A stretch of DNA of 63,952 bases, counting the filler, from Thraustochytrium aureum (taxonomy: Eukaryota), in assembly GCA_012862495.1 (NCBI GenBank). It is 6 parts of 6 records of this genome, joined end to end, with 100 filler letters (N's around TTAATTAATTAA, not from the genome) between each part and the next. Parts side by side here need not be neighbours in the genome. Positions count along the whole stretch, not along the records: positions 1 to 22,976 come from BLSG01000067.1; 5 more parts are not named here. One strand, written 5' to 3'. The position numbers were made by a program, and so were the translations under genes. Below are positions 11,286 to 22,243 of this stretch, piece by piece; within the stretch, counting starts at the first letter, position 1, and each line of letters opens with the position of its first letter. The notes beneath the pieces were generated by a model. The model had not been told where the DNA came from and ran no database searches. It was given only the letters and a program-made list of their open reading frames with translations.

Positions 11286-11445
11286 ATCAAACTCCATCGC
11301 AGAGCTTTCGTTCTTGATCTTGCAAATCAAACTCCATCGCAGCGCTTTCGTTCTTGATCTTGCAAATCAAACTCCATCGCAGCACTTTCGTTCTTGATCT
11401 TGCAAATCAAAATCCATCGCAGAGCTTTCGTTCTTGATCTTGCAA
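11286..11445. repeat. Tandem repeat, 4 x 40 bp, between convergent stop codons
   Basis: Unit atcaaactccatcgcagagctttcgttcttgatcttgcaa, with 1-2 substitutions per copy and no spacers. Confidence 0.95.
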
Positions 11446-11468
11446 CAGGGTCTTCGAACCTCTCGCAA

Positions 11469-14400
11469 CTACACCACAGGCAGCGTGGGCAGCTGGTCCG
11501 CCGAAAGGTCCTTCATGGAGCCAATCGTCTTGTGCTTGGCCGCAAAGGCATCGTCGATGCCGAACGCCGTCGAGTAGGCCGGGTTGTGCAAAATCGAGTA
11601 CGAGCTCAGGCCTCGCACAAGCCCCTGCCGGCGAGCCTTGTAGATTGGCGGATGAACGTAGACCGTAGAGACGCGAAACCTGGACAGCAGGCCACACAGG
11701 AGGCGGTCGACGACGTGCTCGACAATCGTCGAAATCGGCGGAAAGCACTTGACCAGGCCGAACAGAAGCAGGTACAAGATGAGCGCAAGGAGCATAGGAA
11801 TGATGTGCGGCAGCGAGAGCCGGCGGCGAAGCTGCTCCAAGACCTCGCTGGTCGACGTCCCCCGGAATATGGTGTCAAAAGCGTTGCCAAGAAAGGAGCC
11901 CGCAACCCCAGTATCGCCCGCGTCGGCCTCGGGGAACCAAAATATCCCCGGCGCGCTGTACATCCACAGCGCAAACGCGAGGTTGAGGATGACGGCGTAC
12001 ATCATGATGGACGAGGTCTGCTCGGCCAGGCGGCTGTCGTACCGTGGCGGCGTGCGAAAGTACTTGAGGAGGAGGTACTTGTCCACCCAGTAATAGGCCG
12101 CAAAAGCGAGCACGGCGAGCGGGTAAAGCAGCGGGAGGCCCGGCCCGTAGAAGAGCGTGATGAAAATGGTCATCAGGTTNNNNNNNNNNNNNNNNNNNNN
12201 NNNNNNNNNNNNNNNNNNNNNNNNNNNNNNNNNNNNNNNNNNNNNNNNNNNNNNNNNNNNNNNNNNNNNNNNNNNNNNNNNNNNNNNNNNNNNNNNNNNN
12301 NNNNNNNNNNNNNNNNNNNNNNNNNNNNNNNNNNNNNNNNNNNNNNNNNNNNNNNNNNNNNNNNNNNNNNNNNNNNNNNNNNNNNNNNNNNNNNNNNNNN
12401 NNNNNNNNNNNNNNNNNNNNNNNNNNNNNNNNNNNNNNNNNNNNNNNNNNNNNNNNNNNNNNNNNNNNNNNNNNNNNNNNNNNNNNNNNNNNNNNNNNNN
12501 NNNNNNNNNNNNNNNNNNNATCGACGTTATGTTTGACGGAAGCACGCACTTGGAGCTCGCAATTTCCCCGTTGAGGACTTGGCGCCCAACAGAGGCAAGG
12601 TACGTAAAAGCGACCGACACGGCCACCACAATAAGCACCAGAAAGTTGCTAAACGCGCGCCGCATCGCCCGGTTGAGCCACGAGTAGTCAAAGTTCTCCC
12701 ACAGCACCGTGCTCGGGGGCGGGGCGGGGCGCACGATCACGGGCACGCCCTGGAACTTTAGCGTCTTGCTCCGTCCGCTTTTGGGAAAGAGGTCCAGGCA
12801 TCGCAAGAACCCGATCTGTGTCTCAAACGTGATAAAGGCCGCGCGTGTCTTGTGGCCTGCCCGAACGCGAGTGCGGCGCTCGTTGATCGCCTCGTACTCG
12901 GCGTACAGGGCGTCGTAGTGGCCAATCGCTCGCTCAAGCCGTGTCTGGACCAGGCCCACCCGCTCCGCGGTGTGCTCCACGGCGTCTTGAAGGTGCACAA
13001 GCGAGAGGAACAGGTTGCTGTACCGCCTGGACCGCGGGCGCTCGCCCTCCATCACGATCGAGCTCGCTTGCTGCAACTTGGGCCGGGGCCGGGGCGCCGT
13101 CGCTGGCTGCGCCAAACCCGCCGCCGCAGGGGCCCCCTCCGTAGAGAGCTCCATCGAAACGCGCTGCTCGATAGCCGACCCGCGCCCCTCGCGGCTATCG
13201 CGGCTCCGGCGCTGCGAGCGCCGGTGCTCGGTCGCCATAGCCGACAGCGCGGCGGCCTCGGCGCGACCCATTTCAGCCCGCAGCATGTACACCCGCGAGG
13301 CCGCCTTCCAGAGCTTGTGGATGACGCGCCCGCGCTGGATGTACAAGTCGATCAGGCGCCCATTGTTTTGCGCCAGGTGCACTTCAAGAACAGGCTCCCC
13401 AGTGAGCTCGGCAAAGAAGCGCTTGATCGCGCCCTCGCCGCTGTTCTTGGGCGCGTTGATGAGCTGGACAGTGTACTCGTCTACCGAGATACTGCGGCGC
13501 GAGATGCTGTGCGCCTCGCGCCGTTCGAATAGCGACAGGCACTGCACAGCCAGCACAAAGACGCACACTACAACAAGGTTTGTCAGCGCATACAAGTGGC
13601 CAAACTCCTCGCGCGTCAAGAGGCAGTCCTCGTCGCAGTCCAAGAAGGGCTCCACGACGATCCGGCTCAGGTCGGGCAGCACCGTCGAGACAAACGAGCG
13701 GTTCAGGGAGCTCTGCGAGATGGCGCCAAGCGTCGTGGCCTCCATGAACCCAATGCCTGTCCAAAGCTTGCCCTGAAAGGACGTAAAGTTGAAAAACAGC
13801 TGAGGCCCCACGGCGATGGTCAGCACAATAAACAGGTGCTGCAGCCACTTGAGCCATTTGAAATAGAGCGTAACGCCAGCACCGTACCGAGCAAACTCCG
13901 AGTGCTGCGCAGAGCCGCACGGGCAGTGCTGGCCCGTGCTCGTGCCGCACACCGCGTACCGCCTCCCTTCGCGGTCGCGAGGGTGGTGCTCGTTGGTGTA
14001 CTCGATGGCTTTGGTCACAGATGGATCGAGAAACTCTTCCTGCATGGCGCGCTCCATCCGCATTTGGCGGCGCTCCTGCGCGTCCGCCTCGTCCTCGACG
14101 TCCTGCTCGCTCATGCCACCGACGCGGCGCATGGCTTGGGCGAGCGGGGACCCGGCGCCTCCTAGGCCAAACCCGAACGACGAGTCGCCTTCCAGCGAGC
14201 TCAGCGACCGAAAGCTGGCCGGGGGCGCGGCGCCGCCTAGCATGTGACGCGGGCCGGCCGATGTTGCGACGGGCGAGTCGCGAAAATAGATGTAGTTGTC
14301 TCGCGGGACACTCGCGGGCCGCTCCGCGTGCTCGCCGGGGCCGGCCTCTACGTACTTGACGCCTGTGCGCCGCGAGGTGTACCGAACTCGGTGGCCCTGC

Positions 14401-14723
14401 CTGTCGCGGGGCAACGTGTGCCGCACGTCTCCGTCAAACCGCGCGCGAGCAAGGCGCACCAGCTCATCGCGCGAGGCCCGTGGGGGCACGTTGACGCCGG
14501 CATTCTTCAGGGCGGCCTCCAAGGACTCGCGCTTCCAGCCCTGAAACCCGATGCTAGCCCGATTCGTGCTTTCGTGAGCTGCAGCGCTGGAAGCCGATGT
14601 TCTTTCGGTGTGGCCGCTCGCAGGCCGGGTTTCCCTCCATGGCTCCCTAGCGCGTCGCTCGAGCTCCTCGCGCTCGAGCTCCTCCAACGTTGCGCCACGT
14701 TGGCTCTGCCTAAGCTTGCGCAT
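11469..14723 (-). CDS. OSCA/TMEM63 (CSC1-like) multi-pass Ca2+-permeable channel with a long N-terminal extension; internal gap; start uncertain
   Basis: YGAGVTLYFKWLK, AAFITFE, RPAPPPSTVLWEN and FYGPGLPLLYP..YWVDKYLLLKYFRTPPRYD. Confidence 0.75.
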   Translation of the reverse strand: MRKLRQSQRGATLEELEREELERRAREPWRETRPASGHTERTSASSAAAHESTNRASIGFQGWKRESLEAALKNAGVNVPPRASRDELVRLARARFDGDVRHTLPRDRQGHRVRYTSRRTGVKYVEAGPGEHAERPASVPRDNYIYFRDSPVATSAGPRHMLGGAAPPASFRSLSSLEGDSSFGFGLGGAGSPLAQAMRRVGGMSEQDVEDEADAQERRQMRMERAMQEEFLDPSVTKAIEYTNEHHPRDREGRRYAVCGTSTGQHCPCGSAQHSEFARYGAGVTLYFKWLKWLQHLFIVLTIAVGPQLFFNFTSFQGKLWTGIGFMEATTLGAISQSSLNRSFVSTVLPDLSRIVVEPFLDCDEDCLLTREEFGHLYALTNLVVVCVFVLAVQCLSLFERREAHSISRRSISVDEYTVQLINAPKNSGEGAIKRFFAELTGEPVLEVHLAQNNGRLIDLYIQRGRVIHKLWKAASRVYMLRAEMGRAEAAALSAMATEHRRSQRRSRDSREGRGSAIEQRVSMELSTEGAPAAAGLAQPATAPRPRPKLQQASSIVMEGERPRSRRYSNLFLSLVHLQDAVEHTAERVGLVQTRLERAIGHYDALYAEYEAINERRTRVRAGHKTRAAFITFETQIGFLRCLDLFPKSGRSKTLKFQGVPVIVRPAPPPSTVLWENFDYSWLNRAMRRAFSNFLVLIVVAVSVAFTYLASVGRQVLNGEIASSKCVLPSNITSXXXXXXXXXXXXXXXXXXXXXXXXXXXXXXXXXXXXXXXXXXXXXXXXXXXXXXXXXXXXXXXXXXXXXXXXXXXXXXXXXXXXXXXXXXXXXXXXXXXXXXXXXXXXXXXXXXNLMTIFITLFYGPGLPLLYPLAVLAFAAYYWVDKYLLLKYFRTPPRYDSRLAEQTSSIMMYAVILNLAFALWMYSAPGIFWFPEADAGDTGVAGSFLGNAFDTIFRGTSTSEVLEQLRRRLSLPHIIPMLLALILYLLLFGLVKCFPPISTIVEHVVDRLLCGLLSRFRVSTVYVHPPIYKARRQGLVRGLSSYSILHNPAYSTAFGIDDAFAAKHKTIGSMKDLSADQLPTLPVV

Positions 14724-14884
14724 TTTTTCCTGCACGTGCACCTCTCAAGTCCTGCACTTCCACCTCCGGCCGGCAGCCCTGGGGCCTGCCCAGCGCAACG
14801 CCGGCGCGTCGCAGTCGCCGCGTACCCCACGTGCCTCGTCTGCGCGTCCTGCCCGAATCGCGCCGCGGCAGCAGCAGCAGGCTG

Positions 14885-14906
14885 TGCGTGCGTGCGTGCG
14901 TGCGTG
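14885..14906. repeat. (GCGT)n microsatellite
   Basis: tgcgtgcgtgcgtgcgtgcgtg. Confidence 0.85.
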
Positions 14907-15980
14907 GGTGTCGTCCAGCGCGAGCGGGCGCACCGATCGATAGCCGCCAGGTCCACAATTTCACCCTGCACCAAGTCCGCCAGCGGCGATGCTGCCGGCC
15001 GCGTCGCCGCCGAACGAGCCACCNNNNNNNNNNNNNNNNNNNNNNNNNNNNNNNNNNNNNNNNNNNNNNNNNNNNNNNNNNNNNNNNNNNNNNNNNNNNN
15101 NNNNNNNNNNNNNNNNNNNNNNNNNNNNNNNNNNNNNNNNNNNNNNNNNNNNNNNNNNNNNNNNNNNNNNNNNNNNNNNNNNNNNNNNNNNNNNNNNNNN
15201 NNNNNNNNNNNNNNNNNNNNNNNNNNNNNNNNNNNNNNNNNNNNNNNNNNNNNNNNNNNNNNNNNNNNNNNNNNNCTCCGCAGGCCGTCCTGGCAGCCGC
15301 CGAGCGGCCCGCGCAGGTTCAAGCTCTGTACCTCCTGAGGGAGCGCGGCTGTGCGGCACGACCCTCCCGTCACAGGAGACGCTATGTTACGTGGAAGCGT
15401 ACCTCCTGCGAGGTCCCCGCACGTGCCGAGCTGGCCTCCTTCGTCGTGGTGGCGCGCCGCGCTGCTGCAGGCCTGGCGACATGGCCCTGCAGCGACTGGC
15501 GTCCACCGGCCGTCTCGTGCGAGTCCTGCCCTCCCTCAGATCCATCACCTGGACGCTGAGCTGCGCCGCGCTCACCAGTTGGCCTGCGAATGTACCACGG
15601 TGACCAGGATGGCCATCCAAGCCAGCCCATTATCGCGCCGCACCTGTGAGCAGAGCAGAGCAGAGTACCGTTGTGTGCATCGAGCGTGTCACGCACAGGC
15701 CGTGCCTCGTGACGTGCGATATCGGCGTCCTGCCGCAGCGTCGCGACACTGTGGAGGCTCCGGCTCACGCGACCACGCCAGCGCCCGTCAGTCTTGGACG
15801 CTTTGTTGACGAGCGCGGAGGGTCGATGAACGTCATGGCGAGGCCGTGAATGACGGACCTGCGCGGCTCCCGCACGAGGGACGCAAGGGCCGATTCGACT
15901 TGTTCGCTTCGTGCCTCCTCGACTGCCTCGAGAGCGTTGCAAACCCCTCTCGTCGTCGTCTTGGCCCTCGCGCCGCGGCG

Positions 15981-16019
15981 GCAGCACGCGGCAGCACGCG
16001 GCAGCACGCGGCAGCACGC
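15981..16019. repeat. 4 x 10-bp tandem repeat GCAGCACGCG
   Basis: Read directly from the sequence. Confidence 0.9.
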
Positions 16020-16444
16020 ACAGCGGCGGAAGTAGCAGCGGTGCTGCAGCGAGCGGAGCTGGGGCGGTAGTGGCGTTGGCTCTGGCTGCTGCGTGTCCAT
16101 TAGCGAGGTGGCCCGAGTTATCTTCCAACAGACGCCCCGCGCCTCCGACGGTGCTCTGGCGCTGGAGACCAGCACCTCCAGCTCCACCAGCACCGCCAGC
16201 GCCGGCACCAAAAGCTGGAGCACCAGCACCTGGAGCAGCGACAATCGGGCCAGTAGGACGGGTTTGGCAGCCCAGCAAGGCCGCAGCAGGGGGAAACGCG
16301 GCAGTAGGAGCTGCAAGCTGACCACGAAAGCGCTGTGCCGGTGGCGGGATTGGCGAGTCAAAGGCTGAATGCTTGCCGGCCGCTGACCGCCTGAAGCCGC
16401 ACAGGTTCGCTCGAGTGGTAGTCTCGTGCGCCGGCGGCGCGACG

Positions 16445-19400
16445 ATGAATGGCGAGACGCCCTCTGGACCGGGGCTGAGGCGCACGCTGCAGGCGGCAAG
16501 AGGCGTGCGCGCCGCGGTCTGGAAGGGGACGAAGAAGAGGCCTCCCAAAAAGCAGCTCTGGCTCGAGCCTGGCGTTAGTGAGCAAGGCTTTTGCGTGCTG
16601 CGATGCTTCAAGAACAAGGAGGACGCCAACCACGTCGCCGAATACAGCATAATGGGGCGGGAACTCGAGCTCAAGCGCCTGGAAAACGTCAAGGACAAGC
16701 TGTTCCGGTTTGGGTTTTCCCTGCGAGGGCCCGACCTGGCCGGCGCCGACGCGCGCGTCGTTAGCTCCCCACTCTTCATCTACACAACCACGCACCGCGA
16801 AAACGCACTCGTCAGCGCCGCGATACAAGCGCTCGCCGTCTCTGCTTTGTCGAGCGGCATGTGTCGGTTCGCAGCCGACTTGGGCAACACGTTCGCTCGC
16901 GATGACGACGCAGACCTTGACGCCGACCCGCTTCAAGCTCGGGGCGGCTCAATTGCCCACGCGATGAGTGCAGGCCGCAGGCGCACCACGTCCGAGCGCA
17001 GCCTCGGCTCGACGGGCTCTGCGGCTTCCTCAACACGGTCCAAGCTCGCGTCCCGGCTCAATATATTCTCGCGCTCCAAGTCTCGCAAGATGGGCGCCGG
17101 CGAGGGCTTGGCGACGAGCTCCAGCGCGGGCGCGCCCGCTTTTGAGGAGAGCAAGCGGGGCGAGACCGCGCTGCGCCGCGGGCTGACCGAGCGGATATCG
17201 CCCCAGCCACATGTCTCCACGCCCGCGCCTCAAGAGCCCGCCCGCCGCACCTCGGCGAGCGCGCGAAACGGCGCCTTGACCACCATAGTGCAGTGCTGCT
17301 GGTTCCTCGCAGACTTTTCGCACATCAAGGAGATGGTTTTATTCCGGCAGCTGCCGCCAGACGCCCAGGACGAGTCGCGGCAGCTAGAGGCGCGATTGGC
17401 GGCCAACGCGAGCGGCCCTGCTGGACGCCCAAGCTTGCGCGGCTGCTCCGCCGACGTCGTCGCGGACGTTCTCCTGTCCGTTCTTGGCAAGCTCGACCCC
17501 GCGCTGATCGAGGACCGGCTCTTCGACCGCTTCAAGGCTGCGTTGGACCGGCAGGCGGGCTTTGGTCTTGACCCCGCGTTTTCGCCGGCGGTCGCCTCGG
17601 CGGCCTCCAACCTGGTGGCCGCTCTCGCTGTGGAGGACGCGTATGCGCTGCGCGAGGTGGTCGCCGTCGTCAAGCTGACGGCCGGGACCGCGCTGCCTCT
17701 CGAGCTCGCGAGCCGGATTTTCGCCGGCCCGCTCGTCGCTGCACTACGGCCGCTTGCCAGGCGGGTCTCATCAACAGAGCGCGGCGTCCTCGACGCAGAG
17801 GCGGCCGAGCCAGTCAAGGTGCTTTTCGAAACGCTCATGGCGGAGATGACGGGACCCTCCATCTTTGAGGCCCGCCTTGCGCGCCCGCAGGCCGTCGACG
17901 CCATCAAGGCAATCACGGCAGACATGCCATCGTCGCTTGAGCCTCCTGCGGAGCCTGCTTCGGAGTTGAAGGCGAGAGCCGCCGCATCGGGACCTGGGCC
18001 CCAGGCTCTGGACGCGGAGAGCACCGAAGACGACGCTCTAGCGCATGTCGGTGTTGCGAGCTTTGACGAGCGAGAGGAGCAGGATGAAGAGAAGGAGATC
18101 GCCGCCGCCGGCGCTGGTGCTCCCACGGGTTCTGGGCTCGCGTCGAGTTCGGCGCCTGCCACGCCTGCGCCCGCCGGACAACCCCTCGAGCGGGCGCCTC
18201 CAGAACCTATCGACTATTCGAGCCTGGCGCAAGCAGTCAACCTGGATCCCGCCCTAGCAGTAGCAGCAGCCCCCCAGCGCGAGCACCATCGAGAACATCG
18301 CAGCCCTCGCAAGGGCCACCAGGCGGCGCTCAAGCGGCGGCGAGCAGCGAGGCGACAGAGCTTGCTTCCCTGCGCAGCGGGCCTGCTATGCCTGGCCTCG
18401 CGGCGATTGGGGTTGGCGCGGCCGCCGCGATCGGGTTCGAAGCCGCGGCTGGCTCGGCTTCAGGACCGCCTTCGAGCCCCGGCGCCGCGCCTACGGTGCC
18501 TGCGCGCGAGCCAAGCCCGAGCCAACTTGGACCAAGTGCGAGCGCCTCCGCTGGCGTTGTTTGCGCGGCCCCTGCTACTGTGCTTGCCTCAACTCAATCC
18601 ATGCAAGACGAGCCGAGCTCACCAGGAGACGGTTCGTCCCGCCGCAGTCTACAGATCGACACAAACAGTCCTCCCCAGGCCGCCTCGGAAGCGACAGCCC
18701 GCAACGTTCTGCCCACCAATGCGGTTGGTGTCAGTGGTTCTGGCGCTTCTCGGGACCGATCAGAGACGCTCGAGCAGCTCATCCTCTGGTACCAGGCTCG
18801 CTTGGACGCCGCGCCCAACGCGCGCAACGCCGCGCTGTGGAAACGGGAAATCCACGAGTTCCAGGTGGAGCTGGGCGAAATTCGTGGCAAGGAGGGCGTA
18901 AACGTGCGAAAGCCGCCTACGGACGAGTGGGACGCCTCCGAGTGCGACCCCGTCGTAGTGACATCCGTCGCCCAACTCTGGGACAGGGCGCAGCAATCGA
19001 GCGCAGACATGCTCATGAAGTTCTCGCAGCCGCCAAAGTACGCGGCCGCGGGCGGCGACCAGGGCCCGATCGACCGGGACCCATACCTGCGAAACCCCAT
19101 GCTTGNNNNNNNNNNNNNNNNNNNNNNNNNNNNNNNNNNNNNNNNNNNNNNNNNNNNNNNNNNNNNNNNNNNNNNNNNNNNNNNNNNNNNNNNNNNNNNN
19201 NNNNNNNNNNNNNNNNNNNNNNNNNNNNNNNNNNNNNNGAGGCGCTTGAAAAGGTGTTGATCGACGTGAACGCTCTTGGGCAGCGGTACGCGCGCCAGGA
19301 CCACTTGGCTCTTGCGACTACGGGGGGCTCGTCTGCGAGCCCGAACGCACGCGGCGGCGGGCCGCGGTCTCCCATTTCGATGCCAGACCCTGTGACTGCG

Positions 19401-19706
19401 CGGATCAGCGACCCAGCTTCTCTCATGGTTGGCCTCCTGCGGGAGAATGTGCGTCTCCGTATCGAGCTCAACGAGTACCAGCGCGGGGTCGTGCAGCGCA
19501 CGCAGGAGAAGGCTTTAGAGTTTGAGCAGACCTTTGCCGCGAGTGCGGTTGACGCGAGGCGCGGGCCGCCTGCAAACTATGGTCAGAGAGGCCAGGCGGC
19601 AGCGGGGCTGGGCGCTAGAGAGCCCCGCTCGAACGGGCATCGCGCTGCCCCGGAGAAGCAGCCGGTGATGTCAACCTGGTCATCGCTTGCCAGCCTGATT
19701 TCGTAG
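16445..19706 (+). CDS. Putative PH-like plus RhoGAP-like protein with low-complexity/coiled-coil C-terminus; frameshift near 18250-18390 and an internal gap
   Basis: N-terminal beta-rich PH-like segment. TIVQCCWFL..MVLFRQ..DVVADVLLSVLGKLDPALI resembles the RhoGAP core. Coding continues in ORFs 18388..19260 and to 19706 (LLRENVRLRIELNEYQR). Confidence 0.55.
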
Positions 19707-20003
19707 CGCGCATGGCGTCTCTCTAGCTGGAGAACCAGAGGAGAGCTCTCGCGCCACAAGTAGAGCTAGCTAGAAGAGGTGCGCAGACAACGAGCTCGAC
19801 CAAACATGTAATTTTTCAGCGCCCGCCCTCGCCAATGCCCCGCCTGCGGCATGGCTGGCAGCCCGCCTCTACTAGCTAGCTAGCAAGAGGTCTACTACAA
19901 GAGAAAGAGAGAGAGCTGCCCCACCTGTCGCCCGGCAAAACCGCGCCTTCTACTATCAAATCGAAGCGGCTCGAGACACGCAAACAGGGGCGCGAGGGCA
20001 GCG

Positions 20004-20849
20004 TCAGGGCATCGCCATCGCGCCAGCGAAGGGATCGCCAGAGCCTCCCGGCTGGGAATACGCAACCTCGTCAGTGGCCGCAGAGTCCGCGACACGGCGC
20101 AAAAACAGGTCAATCTGGTTAAAGTCGGCCGCAAAGAGCCCCGGATTGGTGCTCGACACGTGGACCGCGTCGAAGCCCAGCGAGGCGAACGCGTTGGGAA
20201 GCTTGGAGGCCTCGCCGCTCCGCACGAGGTCGCACTTGTTCCCGACAACGAGAACAGGGAGGGAGCAAATGCGCTTGTCGTGCTTGGCAGCGGCGGCTGC
20301 AGTCCCCGCGGCGCCAGCAAAGCCGGCGCCCCCCGAGCCCGGCGTGGCGCTGCCGCTCGACCCTGCCAAAACCGTTCGTTGGTACGTTGACCGCGACCTC
20401 GCGTGGCTGACCCCCTGCCCAGCCGCTCGCGGCTCGACCTTGCGGCGCAGCTCGGTCACCCACTTGCGCAGGTTGGCAAAGCTCTTCACGTTGGCCACGT
20501 CGTAAACGAGCAATATCCCGTCCACATTCTGATAGTACATGCTGCGGCTCAACTCGTGCGTCGCGTGGCAGCCCACGTCGAGCACCTCAACAAAGTACGG
20601 CTCCCCTGCCGACCCGCCTCCCGCGCCCAAGCCCTCCAGGCCAAGCCCAGCCCCAGCGTCGCCTCCCCCAGCCGCCGCAGCGGCCGCCTGCAACGTGCCC
20701 GCAGCGGCAGCAGCAGCTGCAGTCGCCGCCAGCGGCCCCCGCTGGCCGTCCGCCATCATCCTCACCTCCACGCTGCAGCCCACCGTCCACTCGGGCGCAT
20801 CGAGCACGGCCCCAGTGCAGACATACTTGACCAGCGAGCTCTTCCCCAC
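20004..20849 (-). CDS. RABL3: Rab-like protein 3 / LIP1-type atypical small GTPase; 5' end in gap
   Basis: VGKSSLV, WTVGCSVEVR, YFVEVLDVG, DGILLVYDV..KSFANLRKW and PVLVVGNKCDL; no CAAX motif. Confidence 0.8.
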   Translation of the reverse strand: MGKSSLVKYVCTGAVLDAPEWTVGCSVEVRMMADGQRGPLAATAAAAAAAGTLQAAAAAAGGGDAGAGLGLEGLGAGGGSAGEPYFVEVLDVGCHATHELSRSMYYQNVDGILLVYDVANVKSFANLRKWVTELRRKVEPRAAGQGVSHARSRSTYQRTVLAGSSGSATPGSGGAGFAGAAGTAAAAAKHDKRICSLPVLVVGNKCDLVRSGEASKLPNAFASLGFDAVHVSSTNPGLFAADFNQIDLFLRRVADSAATDEVAYSQPGGSGDPFAGAMAMP

Positions 20850-21289
20850 NNNNNNNNNNNNNNNNNNNNNNNNNNNNNNNNNNNNNNNNNNNNNNNNNNN
20901 NNNNNNNNNNNNNNNNNNNNNNNNNNNNNNNNNNNNNNNNNNNNNNNNNNNNNNNNNNNNNNNNNNNNNNNNNNNNNNNNNNNNNNNNNNNNNNNNNNNN
21001 NNNNNNNNNNNNNNNNNNNNNNNNNNNNNNNNNNNNNNNNNNNNNNNNNNNNNNNNNNNNNNNNNNNNNNNNNNNNNNNNNNNNNNNNNNNNNNNNNNNN
21101 NNNNNNNNNNNNNNNNNNNNNNNNNNNNNNNNNNNNNNNNNNNNNNNNNNNNNNNNNNNNNNNNNNNNNNNNNNNNNNNNNNNNNNNNNNNNNNNNNNNN
21201 NNNNNNNNNNNNNNNNNNNNNNNNNNNNNNNNNNNNNNNNNNNNNNNNNNNNNNNNNNNNNNNNNNNNNNNNNNNNNNNNNNNNNNNGA

Positions 21290-22243
21290 TGCTTCGCCAA
21301 GCGGCTTGGGTATTGGACGTACAGGCTGTGTCCCTTTCAGACCGTCGACCAGGTCCACTTCGAAGGGACGGTCAACAAGGTCAGCTTCGAGCTTGGGACG
21401 TTTCACGCGAGCCGCTGGGAGCCAGGCGCCGCATCAGAAACCAAAGTCCCGGGAAGCGGCGCCGAGACCGCGGCCCGGGCGGAGGAGAGCGGCGCGGCGA
21501 CGTCTGGCGGCAGCCGCTCCAACGCAGAGTTCGGCGAGACCTGGGTGCAGGAGTTTGCCAACGGGACGAATGGGCGGTCCACGACGGTCAAGTACTCTTG
21601 CTTTCCAGAGGTTGACGGCGTGGTGGTGACGAGCGTAGAGGAGGTCGAGCTGCACAAGTACGAAGTGCGCGTCGCAACCCCGCTGGCCTGTCACGCGACG
21701 CCAGAGTGGCAAGCCAAGCAGCTACTCGCGCCGCTGCGCGGCCAGTGCTTTCGCAGACCCGAGGGTTGGTGGACGTACGAGCTGTGCTTTGAGCGCAGCC
21801 TGCGGCAGTTCCACAAGGAGAAGGATGGCAGGCTCACAGAGTACATGCTCGGGGATTTCGACGCGCGCGCCAATCAGGCGCTCGACAGCGCTGGCGAGGT
21901 CCTGGTGCGCGACCGCCACACCAAGCAGCCCGCGCTTCAGCAAAAGTACTCTGGGGGAACCAAGTGCGAGCTCAGCAATGAGCATCGCTCTGCAGTGGTC
22001 CTGTTCGTCTGCAACAGCAACAACTTTGAGATGGCCCAGGCTGGCCAGGCCAGTCCGACTGACATTTTGAGCGTTACCGAGAGCCCGTCCTGCAACTACG
22101 TGGTCAAGGTCCACACGCCCCTGCTCTGCGCGCACGCCTTCTTCCACGAGAGCCACGCTGCGCGAAAGACCTCGTCTGTTGCCAAGATCCACTGCGTTTT
22201 TTCAGAAGCGGCCGGGGCGCGTGCGTCGGGCCAGGTGGTCTGA
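21290..22243 (+). CDS. ER lectin with two MRH domains (ERLEC1/XTP3-B/OS-9 family); 5' end in gap
   Basis: Frame is open from 21290: CFAKRLGYWTYRLC..EFANGT..YEVRVATPLAC, then CFRRPEGWWTYELC..QFH..YSGGTKC..ESPSCNYVVKVHTPLLC. Confidence 0.85.
   Translation, partial: CFAKRLGYWTYRLCPFQTVDQVHFEGTVNKVSFELGTFHASRWEPGAASETKVPGSGAETAARAEESGAATSGGSRSNAEFGETWVQEFANGTNGRSTTVKYSCFPEVDGVVVTSVEEVELHKYEVRVATPLACHATPEWQAKQLLAPLRGQCFRRPEGWWTYELCFERSLRQFHKEKDGRLTEYMLGDFDARANQALDSAGEVLVRDRHTKQPALQQKYSGGTKCELSNEHRSAVVLFVCNSNNFEMAQAGQASPTDILSVTESPSCNYVVKVHTPLLCAHAFFHESHAARKTSSVAKIHCVFSEAAGARASGQVV

Noticed and set aside
11286..11445. CRISPR array
   Set aside because: Units are contiguous with no unique spacers; no cas genes; eukaryotic context.
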